Both the position numbers and the translations under genes were made by a program. The notes under the pieces were generated by a model. It ran no database searches, was not told the DNA's origin, and was given only the letters and a program-made list of their open reading frames with translations. A stretch of DNA of 64,000 bases from the NCBI GenBank assembly GCA_965215185.1, contig OZ244034.1:2944001-3008000 (forward strand), written 5' to 3'. This document shows positions 9,672 through 18,116 of the stretch, piece by piece; the stretch's first letter is position 1; each line of letters begins with the position of its first letter. This DNA is from Acidimicrobiia bacterium (GTDB lineage: Bacteria; Actinomycetota; Acidimicrobiia; Spongiisociales; ZC4RG35).

Positions 9672-9682
9672 GGTAGGCCACT

Positions 9683-11047
9683 ATGTACCCATCTAGGACC
9701 CTCTTGCTCCGCAATGCCGAGAGATTGGTGACCATGGATGACGCCCACACCGAGATCACCGATGGGGGGCTGTTCGTCAGAGATGGGTGGATAGAGCAAG
9801 TGGGCCCTACCGGGGTCCTTCCCGACACTGCCGATGAGGTGATCGACTGCCGGGGAGCGGTGGTGACGCCCGGGCTGGTGAACACCCACCATCACTTCTA
9901 CCAGACCCTGACCAGAGCTCTGGCGCAGGATGCGGAATTGTTCGAATGGCTGGTGAAACTCTATCCGGTGTGGGCGAAATTGACGCCCGAGCATGTCCGA
10001 GTTTCGACCGCCACCGCCTTGGCGGAGCTGGCGCTGTCCGGATGCACCACCGCTTTTGATCACCATTACCTGTGGCCCAACGGCGCCTCGGTGGATGATC
10101 AGGTGGAGGGCGCCCGGCAAGTCGGTATCCGTTTTCATGTCTCCCGCGGCTCGATGAGCGTGGGTCGTTCTTCGGGGGGACTCCCACCCGACGAAGTGGT
10201 GGAGAGCGAGGATCGAATTCTCGCCGATTCCGCTCAGGTAGTTACGCAGTATCACGACCCCGCTCCAGGAGCCATGACCCAAGTGGTGTTGGCTCCCTGT
10301 TCCCCCTTCTCGGTGAGCCCGGATTTGATGAAGCGATCCGCCGAGTTGGCTCGTGCCTTGGGGGTGCGCCTGCATACTCATCTTGCCGAAACCCTTGACG
10401 AGGAGCGATACTGCCAGGAACTGTTCGGCATGCGGCCTGTGGAATATGCCCAGGAGGTGGGATGGCTGGGTGAGGATGTCTGGTTCGCGCACGCCGTTCA
10501 CGTCTCCGATCGGGATATCGCCGTGATGGCAGACTCTTGTACCGGTGTTGCCCACTGTCCGACCTCGAACATGCGGCTCGGATCAGGTATTGCGCCCCTT
10601 ACCCGATACCTGATGGCCGGGGTGCCGGTGGGCCTGGGGGTGGACGGCTCGGCGTCCAACGACTCCTCACACATGTTGGCCGAGGCTCGTCAGGCGCTGC
10701 TTGCCGCCCGGTTGGTCCGCGCGCTGGAGCGTTCCCATGCGCCGATGCTCAACGCTCGGTCCGCCTTGAGAGTGGCTACCCGGGGAGGAGCACAGGTGCT
10801 GGGTAGAGACGACATCGGTTCCCTGTCGCCCGGCAAGGCCGCTGATATTGCCTGTTTTCGCACCGACGGCTTGGCCATGGCCGGTGCCCACGACCCGGTG
10901 GCCGCCTTGGTGCTCACCGGTCCACACCAGGTGGACCGACTCATAGTCCAAGGCCGGAGTGTGGTGACGGACGGTCTATTGGTTGATATGGAAATGGCAC
11001 CGCATCTGCAGCGCCACCGGAAGCTCGCCCGCCAAATGTTGGACTGA
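9683..11047 (+). CDS. 8-oxoguanine deaminase-like amidohydrolase (AtzB/TRZ family)
   Basis: PGLVNTHHHFYQTLTRA, LAPCSPFSVS, HTHLAE, HCPTSNMRLGSG, GVDGSASND. Confidence 0.88.
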   Translation: MYPSRTLLLRNAERLVTMDDAHTEITDGGLFVRDGWIEQVGPTGVLPDTADEVIDCRGAVVTPGLVNTHHHFYQTLTRALAQDAELFEWLVKLYPVWAKLTPEHVRVSTATALAELALSGCTTAFDHHYLWPNGASVDDQVEGARQVGIRFHVSRGSMSVGRSSGGLPPDEVVESEDRILADSAQVVTQYHDPAPGAMTQVVLAPCSPFSVSPDLMKRSAELARALGVRLHTHLAETLDEERYCQELFGMRPVEYAQEVGWLGEDVWFAHAVHVSDRDIAVMADSCTGVAHCPTSNMRLGSGIAPLTRYLMAGVPVGLGVDGSASNDSSHMLAEARQALLAARLVRALERSHAPMLNARSALRVATRGGAQVLGRDDIGSLSPGKAADIACFRTDGLAMAGAHDPVAALVLTGPHQVDRLIVQGRSVVTDGLLVDMEMAPHLQRHRKLARQMLD

Positions 11048-11150
11048 TCGATCACATTGGGCAGGTGCCCGACCCCCCTTCTTTACGACCTTTCCCATCA
11101 CTCTTCTTCTGCGGTGTGCAAAGGGCCCTGTGGATCGTGCTTCTCGACCT

Positions 11151-13763
11151 CTACCCGGACTTGGCGGCTTGGCGGCGTTGCCACCTTTCCCACAGTGCCA
11201 GCATGGAGGGCAACACCAGTATCGCAGCCACGAGGGACAGTCCGACGGCATAAACCGTGACCTGACCCATCTGCTGGAAGGGCGTGAGTCTCGAACTGAT
11301 CAGGATCCCGAATCCGGCCATGGTGGTGAAGGCGGACCCTGCCAACGCCCCGCCGGTGTGGCGAGATGTCGAGCGCAGTGCGTCATTGAGGTGCTCGAAG
11401 CGGACCCGATCCTCCCCGAATCGGCGGGCAATGTGGATGGTGTAAGGGACCCCAATTCCTATCGACAGGGCGGACAGGGTGGCGGTCACCGGTCCGATAG
11501 GAATGCCGGTGGCGAACATCAATCCATAGGTCCAGAACACCACCAAGGCGACGGGGGTCATGGTGATCACACCTAGGAGCGGGCGGCGGTTCTCGAACCA
11601 GAAGCTGATCATCAGCACCAGGGTGGCGATGACCAGGGTAAAGAGCAGCGATCTTGTTTGTGAGTCCGCCAACTCTATGACGATCAAATTGGTGATAATC
11701 CCGGTGGAAGTTGCTATCACGCTGATCCCCAAGTCAGAAAGCTCCGAGAAGTTCTCCAACAGGTCCTCCCGTAGTTGTATCGCCCCGGTCTCCCCGGCCT
11801 GGGTGCCAATGTCGAAGAGCAAGGCGTCGTAACCCGACCCGCCTCGGTGGAGAACTCTCCCCGCCTGCCCCGGGGCCGAAACCAACATGGTGTCCCACAG
11901 CGCGGTGATGTCAGAGTCGGGGGCAACTCGCAGATCCACACCCAGATTGGCGGCTTGGGCGGCGGAGGCGACAGCCTCGTCAGGCGGACCCGGGGGACCG
12001 CCCCTATTGAGGGAGTTGAGCACCGAGATCGGAGAGGTGGCCGAGGGGGTCTTCCCGAACGGTGTCTCGAAAATCACCACGTTCTCCACCTCCGCCAGTC
12101 CCATGTTGGCAGAGACCAAAGCGTTGTGAACCTCTGGAGACGAAAGGTTCTCTCCCTCGATCAAGACTTGGGTGGATTCCCCTAAGCCTCCTCCAAATTC
12201 GTCCTGCAGGATTTGCAGTGACCGGACTCCGGGGGCATCGCTGGGCAGGAAGTCGGTGAACGAGAACCTCACCTCTAACTGGCTCAATCCCCACACTCCC
12301 ATGCCTCCCAACATCACGGCGACCAGCACCACAAAAACCGGGACCTTCTCCGCCAGCACCGAAGTGCTGGCTATCACACGGGGAAGCAGGCGGTTTGAGG
12401 AAGCCTTCATGCCCGCTGTGGGCAGGGGGCGCTTGGGTTCGAGCTGGCGGTCCACCTTCCTGGCCAGGATCAATACCCGCAGCAAGCCCCAAGACAGCTT
12501 GCCTCCCTTTTCGGTTCTTTGATCCAGGAGCTTCCTCGCGGCCGGGAAGAACGTGAGTGTCAGGATGAAAGAGACGATTATTCCAATGGCCGCCAGCAGT
12601 CCGAAGTCTTTCAAAGCCGGCACCGGACTCAGAAGATTGGTGAGAAAACCGATGGCGGTGGTGACGGTAGCCAGCGCCAGTGCTACTCCCACGGTGCCGA
12701 TGGCGGTGCGAACTGCGCCGTCCACATCCTGCCCGCGGCCTATCTCCTCGCGATAGCGGGAGGTGATATGGATTCCATAGTCCACGCCTAATCCGATCAG
12801 AAGGATGGGAATGATCTGGGTTATGTTGTTGAACGAGGCGATGACTCCGGCTCGCAGCAGCAGCACCCCTATGCCCTGCATGAAGGCGATGGCGGCGAAT
12901 ATGGTGAAGAGAGTCAGGAGGGTGTCGGCCAGAGTGCGGCGCCCCGACTGGACCAAGGCGCCCTTCCCGGCCGGTTTGAGCCAGTAGACGAAACCGAGAA
13001 TGACAAAAATGATCAGCGCGGCCATTCCGAAGAGTCGTCCGATCTCGCTGCTGCCATCTTCGGCGCCCTCGAACAGCAGATTGAAGCTGAACGGAATGAT
13101 TTCCAGCCCGTCTGGAGTCGGTATGGCGCGCAAAGCCTCCGCCACCTCCGAGTCGTTTTCTATGGCCCGATCGAATCCCTCTTCGTCATCTCCTGCCGGC
13201 GAGTTGGTGAACACCAGCACCAAGCCCGCTTGGGCCTTGGCCGAGAATACGTTGCCGTCCTTGCTGATCAAGGAGGTGAACTGTGGGTTCGCTTCCGGTC
13301 CCGTCATTGCCTTGATGTAAAGGTTCTTCACGTCTGCATCGCTGGCCACCGAAACACCATCCCTGGCTGCCCGGGCTATTGCCGGGTCGAGGTAACTGAA
13401 CGAAGCGCCTCGTCCCGGTATGGAGGAAAGGTTGTCAGAGAGGGTCTCGCTTGCCAGGGCGGCGTTAATGGCCGTCACCGCTTCGTAGGCTTCCTTGGTG
13501 AAGACATCACCTCCTTCGTTGCGAACTATCACCTGAAGGACGCCCTCCTGGGAATCCTGACCAAACAGATCCCTGATTCTGTCGGCGGCCAGCAACTCTT
13601 TGTTGTCAGGCGAGAAGCCTTCATTGCCCTGGGCTGTCTCGGCCTGGGTGGCCAGGGAACCGAATATCCCGAAAAGGACCAGGGTGATCAACACCACCGG
13701 CCAAGGTGCCTTGGACACGATGAACTGGAACACTTTGACTATGGCTTTCATTTGGGGTCTCAA
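11151..13763 (-). CDS. MMPL/RND family transporter (sterol-sensing-like TM domains)
   Basis: Two repeats of TM + large loop + TM bundle; IGLGVDYGIHITSRYREE, TTAIGF, GIGVPYTIHIARRF. Confidence 0.85.
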   Translation of the reverse strand: MRPQMKAIVKVFQFIVSKAPWPVVLITLVLFGIFGSLATQAETAQGNEGFSPDNKELLAADRIRDLFGQDSQEGVLQVIVRNEGGDVFTKEAYEAVTAINAALASETLSDNLSSIPGRGASFSYLDPAIARAARDGVSVASDADVKNLYIKAMTGPEANPQFTSLISKDGNVFSAKAQAGLVLVFTNSPAGDDEEGFDRAIENDSEVAEALRAIPTPDGLEIIPFSFNLLFEGAEDGSSEIGRLFGMAALIIFVILGFVYWLKPAGKGALVQSGRRTLADTLLTLFTIFAAIAFMQGIGVLLLRAGVIASFNNITQIIPILLIGLGVDYGIHITSRYREEIGRGQDVDGAVRTAIGTVGVALALATVTTAIGFLTNLLSPVPALKDFGLLAAIGIIVSFILTLTFFPAARKLLDQRTEKGGKLSWGLLRVLILARKVDRQLEPKRPLPTAGMKASSNRLLPRVIASTSVLAEKVPVFVVLVAVMLGGMGVWGLSQLEVRFSFTDFLPSDAPGVRSLQILQDEFGGGLGESTQVLIEGENLSSPEVHNALVSANMGLAEVENVVIFETPFGKTPSATSPISVLNSLNRGGPPGPPDEAVASAAQAANLGVDLRVAPDSDITALWDTMLVSAPGQAGRVLHRGGSGYDALLFDIGTQAGETGAIQLREDLLENFSELSDLGISVIATSTGIITNLIVIELADSQTRSLLFTLVIATLVLMISFWFENRRPLLGVITMTPVALVVFWTYGLMFATGIPIGPVTATLSALSIGIGVPYTIHIARRFGEDRVRFEHLNDALRSTSRHTGGALAGSAFTTMAGFGILISSRLTPFQQMGQVTVYAVGLSLVAAILVLPSMLALWERWQRRQAAKSG

Positions 13764-14010
13764 CTCCTTCCGGCAACCCGGCGCCGGTAATTCCTGGCCT
13801 CACTCAGAAATGCTATTTCTTTTGTCAGTCCTATAAGGAATCGGTTTCCGGTGCTCTGCCCAAGCTGACTCAGGGTTCTTGACCCTCCAGCCCTATCGGT
13901 GATAACCTAGGGGGCTAAAGGGATACCTTGAGGAGCCTTTTGCAAGCCCTACAACCTCTGTCGCTTCGGGATGTCGGTATTTTCTTTGGGTGTTTCCAGT
14001 GAAGGGGGGT

Positions 14011-15225
14011 ATGGCCACGACGGTGACTGCTACCCTCGCTAACTCCCAGAGTCAACTGTTCGATTCTTTCCACGAAACCGAACCCGGGAACGAAATTCAC
14101 CCTGAGATCCAGGACTCTCCGCCCTTGGAGGAGGTTCAGGACGCTCCGGACGTCGCCCAGTACAACGAGAGCGGATATATTGAGGTGGATCCGGCTGGAT
14201 TTGTGGATTCGTACCGTCCCCTGGCTATCAACGGCAACTTTCGAGGCAAACACATCGTCACGGTCGAGCAATTCGCCCGAGATGACCTAAAGATCCTTTT
14301 CGAGGCGGCTTCCACCTTGAAGAAACGGATCCGGTCCGAAGACAGGGGGGTGGTGGAGATCGCCACCGGCCAGGTGCTGGCGTTGCTGTTTTTCGAGTCC
14401 AGCACCCGGACCGACATGTCTTTTCAGGCCGCCATGCTCCGGTTGGGCGGCAAGGTGATCGGCGCCTCCAATGGCATCCAGTTTTCTTCCGTGTACAAGG
14501 GGGAAGACCTTCCCGACACTGTTAGAGCGGCGGGATGCTACGCAGACGTAATCGCTCTGCGGCACCCGCGGGTGGGGGCGTCCTATCTCGCCGCCCAATA
14601 CTTGGATTTGCTGGCCGAGAAGATCGGCCGACGGTCGGTGGTGATCAGCGCCGGAGATGGAGTCGGGGAACACCCAACTCAGGCGCTCTTGGACCTGTTC
14701 ACGATTCTGGAATCCAAGGGAACGGTCGACGGGTTAGCCATCACCATGGTGGGGGATCTGAAGCATGGCCGAACCGTTCACTCTCTGGCCAAGTTGCTGG
14801 CCACCTACGGGGCCAGGGAGGCGAAGGTTAATTTCGTCTCGCCCCAATCACTGACGATGCCGACCGTCATAGTCCAGCGTTTGAAGGAAGCGAACATATC
14901 GGTGACGGAAACCGGCAGCCTGGATGAAGTGTTGGGCGCATCGGATGTGATCTACTGGACCAGGGTTCAGGAGGAGCGATTCGCCGATCAATCCGGGTAT
15001 GACGAGGTCAAGGCAGGTTTCATAATGACCCCCGGCGTCATGGATAGAGCCCGCAAGGACACCATTTTGATGCACCCTCTGCCTCGCAAGCATGAGATGG
15101 GGGGACCCAGCGACCACGATTTGTTGGATGCTGACCCCCGCTCGGTCTATTTCCAGCAGATGGAGAATGGAATGCTGGTGCGGATGGCCCTGTTAGCCAA
15201 GCTCCTGAAGGGGGTTCACATATAG
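14011..15225 (+). CDS. pyrB: Aspartate carbamoyltransferase catalytic subunit with N-terminal extension
   Basis: FFESSTRT, AGDGVGEHPTQALLD, GDLKHGRTVHSL, TRVQEERF, MHPLPR; ATG 14011 follows a purine-rich SD. Confidence 0.93.
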   Translation: MATTVTATLANSQSQLFDSFHETEPGNEIHPEIQDSPPLEEVQDAPDVAQYNESGYIEVDPAGFVDSYRPLAINGNFRGKHIVTVEQFARDDLKILFEAASTLKKRIRSEDRGVVEIATGQVLALLFFESSTRTDMSFQAAMLRLGGKVIGASNGIQFSSVYKGEDLPDTVRAAGCYADVIALRHPRVGASYLAAQYLDLLAEKIGRRSVVISAGDGVGEHPTQALLDLFTILESKGTVDGLAITMVGDLKHGRTVHSLAKLLATYGAREAKVNFVSPQSLTMPTVIVQRLKEANISVTETGSLDEVLGASDVIYWTRVQEERFADQSGYDEVKAGFIMTPGVMDRARKDTILMHPLPRKHEMGGPSDHDLLDADPRSVYFQQMENGMLVRMALLAKLLKGVHI

Positions 15226-15303
15226 CGCTGCGCCAAGTTGGCCAGAGCGGGCTGACGGCGGCGTGGGAGTGGCTTGGGAAACGGATGGGAACCGGGGGAT
15301 AAC

Positions 15304-16509
15304 ATGGGAACGGTGGTTACCGAATTCCTCCTTCCCGACATCGGCGATGGGCTAACCGAAGCCGAAGTGGTGCGATGGTTGGTGCAGGAGGGCGCCCAGG
15401 TTGCCAGGGACGAGCCGTTGGTGGAGGTGGAGACCGACAAGGCGGTGGTGGTGATACCATCCCCGGTGGCGGGGACCGTTCTCCATCACGGGGCGGAGCA
15501 GGGTGAAACCATGGCGGTGGGTGGGGTGTTGGCGGTTATCGTATCACCTGAGGATGGCCCCTCCAATCCCGTTCCATCCCGGGGCGCTCGGCCTGAAGAG
15601 GCCAGCCCGCCAGGCGATTCTCAACCTGCGGTGACTCAAGAGGAGTCCGCGGCGGTGAAGGCTTTGCCGGTGGTCCGTCGCCTCGCCCGGCAGCAGGGGG
15701 TTGATTTGGCGGCCGTATCAGGTTCCGGCCCGGAGGGTCGGATTACCCGGGAGGATGTCTTGGCCGCAGCCCGCCCGAGGAGAACCCCGCCATCTGTCGA
15801 GCAACCACCCGCATCCCCACCGGCGACCGAGGGCGATGAGCGCCGGCCACTCACCAGACTGCAAAGGACCATCGCCGCCAATATGAGACGTTCGTGGTCG
15901 GAGATTCCGCACGTGACCACCTTCGACGAGGTGGACGCCACCCGGCTGCTGGGGGTTCGTAAGGCTTTGGTCGAGCGGCACGGTTCGCCCATGGCGGTCG
16001 ATGCCATGGTTATAGCAGCGGTCATCCCGGCTCTCCGCCGCTATCCCGAGTTCAACTCCACCCTGGACGGGGACTTCCTGTCGGTTCACGCCGCATGTCA
16101 CATCGGAGTGGCAATCAACGCTCCGGATGGCCTGCTGGTGGGGGTGGTGCGCGATGCGGAACAAATGTCGATCATGCAATTGGCGGTCGCCACCGCCGGA
16201 CTGGCGGAACGGGGTAAGGCCCGTACTCTCGGTGTGAGCGAACTCACCGGCCAGACTTTCACAGTCAGCAACATCGGCGCGCTGGGGGGTAGCTTCGGCA
16301 CTCCCATAATCCCACCGGACAACACCGCCGTACTGGCGGTGGGAAAAGTCACCGACCGACCGCGGGTGAAAGGTGGAGAGGTGGTGGTGAGACCGATGAT
16401 GCCTCTCTCACTCTCTTTTGATCACCGGGTAATCGATGGGGCGTTGAGCCGACGCTTCATGGATATGGTGATCGAGAATCTTTCGGAACCGGCTCTTTTC
16501 CTAGCCTGA
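15304..16509 (+). CDS. Dihydrolipoamide acyltransferase (E2) of a 2-oxoacid dehydrogenase complex
   Basis: Lipoyl domain EVETDKA, E3-binding P.VRRLARQQGVDL..V.GSGPEGRITREDV, catalytic SFDHRVIDG. Confidence 0.93.
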   Translation: MGTVVTEFLLPDIGDGLTEAEVVRWLVQEGAQVARDEPLVEVETDKAVVVIPSPVAGTVLHHGAEQGETMAVGGVLAVIVSPEDGPSNPVPSRGARPEEASPPGDSQPAVTQEESAAVKALPVVRRLARQQGVDLAAVSGSGPEGRITREDVLAAARPRRTPPSVEQPPASPPATEGDERRPLTRLQRTIAANMRRSWSEIPHVTTFDEVDATRLLGVRKALVERHGSPMAVDAMVIAAVIPALRRYPEFNSTLDGDFLSVHAACHIGVAINAPDGLLVGVVRDAEQMSIMQLAVATAGLAERGKARTLGVSELTGQTFTVSNIGALGGSFGTPIIPPDNTAVLAVGKVTDRPRVKGGEVVVRPMMPLSLSFDHRVIDGALSRRFMDMVIENLSEPALFLA

Positions 16510-16516
16510 GGAGATC

Positions 16517-18097
16517 ATGACCAAATACGAGATAACCGGACCCGCTACTTGCCGTAGTGCGGAGATTCTGACCACCGAAGCTGCATCTCTTGTTGCCGAT
16601 GTTCATCGTGAATTCGATTCCCGTCGCCGGCAGTTGCTCGCCCAAAGGAAAGAGCGGCAAAGAGATTTCGACCAGGGGGTTCTCCCTGACTTTCTGCCCG
16701 GGACCCGGTCCGTTCGGGAGGGAGAGTGGATGGTGGATGCGGTCCCGGCTACTCTGGCTGATCGAAGGGTGGAGATAACCGGTCCGGTTGACGCCAAGAT
16801 GGTGATCAATGCTCTCAATTCGGGCGCCAAGATGTTCATGGCCGACTTCGAGGACGCAACTTCCCCCACCTGGGAAAACCTGGTGGAGGGCCAGTACAAC
16901 CTGCTGGAGGCTCAACTTCGGACTTTGAAGCTGGACACCCCCCGCAAGTCCTACCGTTTGGGACAGGAAACAGCCACCCTCCTGGTCCGCCCCAGAGGAT
17001 GGCATCTTCCCGAGAAGAACTTCTTGGTGGAGGACAACCCCGTTTCAGGCGCTCTGTTTGACTTCACCCTCTACATGTATCACGGTGGTAGAGCCGCTAT
17101 TGAAATGGGAAGCGGTCCCTTCTTTTACCTTCCCAAACTGGAGTCCCATCTTGAGGCCCGCTTGTGGAACGATGTGATCTGTTATATATCCGAGCGTTTG
17201 GGAATACCCATCGGCACGGTCAAAGCAACGGTGCTGATCGAAACGATCACAGCTGGCTTTGAGATGGAAGAGATTCTCTATGAACTGCGAAGTCACTCAG
17301 CAGGACTGAATGCGGGCCGGTGGGACTACATATTCAGCTTCATAAAGAAGCTCCGCAACCACTCCCGGTACGTGTTGCCGGATCGGTCCCAGGTCACCAT
17401 GACCGCTCCTTTCATGCATGCCTACACCGAATTGGGCGTGGCCACCTGCCACCGCCGGGGGGCTCATGCCATGGGTGGAATGGCAGCCTTTATCCCCAAT
17501 CGTCGCGACCCGGAGGTTACCGAGCGAGCTTTGGCGGCAGTGGCGGCCGACAAGCGACGGGAGGCCGAGGCCGGTTGCGACGGCACCTGGGTCGCCCATC
17601 CCGATCTGATACCGGTTGCGATGGCCGAATTCGATCGGATCTTGGGAGATCGTCCCAATCAGGTCAGCCGACAGCGAGATGACGTGGCTGTAACAGCAGA
17701 AGATCTACTGAACCCCGAAATCGAGGGAGGCACCATAACCGAGAGCGGGGTGCGGACCAACGTGTCGGTCGGCATTCGCTACATGGCCTCATGGCTGACC
17801 GGTACAGGCGCGGCTGCGATAGACAATTTGATGGAAGACGCCGCCACTGCCGAGATTTCTCGTTCCCAGATATGGCAGTGGGTGCGTCACGGGGCACGCC
17901 TTGACAACGGGGCGGTGGTAACCCCGCCGATGGTGAAGGAGATTGCCTCCGAGGAGTTGTCACGCATCCGGGCTGCAGTAGGCAACGACCTGTACCAAGC
18001 GGGTCGCTTTGACCGGGCTTGGCAGATTTTCTCCGAGGTTGCCCTGGAGGACGAGTTCGTAGAGTTTCTCACTCTGCCGGCCTATCGCGATTTGTAG
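16517..18097 (+). CDS. aceB: Malate synthase A
   Basis: DRRVEITGP, MADFED, VRPRGWHL, LNAGRWDYIFS, GTWVAHP, LMEDAATAEISRSQ. Confidence 0.97.
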   Translation: MTKYEITGPATCRSAEILTTEAASLVADVHREFDSRRRQLLAQRKERQRDFDQGVLPDFLPGTRSVREGEWMVDAVPATLADRRVEITGPVDAKMVINALNSGAKMFMADFEDATSPTWENLVEGQYNLLEAQLRTLKLDTPRKSYRLGQETATLLVRPRGWHLPEKNFLVEDNPVSGALFDFTLYMYHGGRAAIEMGSGPFFYLPKLESHLEARLWNDVICYISERLGIPIGTVKATVLIETITAGFEMEEILYELRSHSAGLNAGRWDYIFSFIKKLRNHSRYVLPDRSQVTMTAPFMHAYTELGVATCHRRGAHAMGGMAAFIPNRRDPEVTERALAAVAADKRREAEAGCDGTWVAHPDLIPVAMAEFDRILGDRPNQVSRQRDDVAVTAEDLLNPEIEGGTITESGVRTNVSVGIRYMASWLTGTGAAAIDNLMEDAATAEISRSQIWQWVRHGARLDNGAVVTPPMVKEIASEELSRIRAAVGNDLYQAGRFDRAWQIFSEVALEDEFVEFLTLPAYRDL

Positions 18098-18116
18098 ATC
18101 CGCTTAGGCTTCTCCC

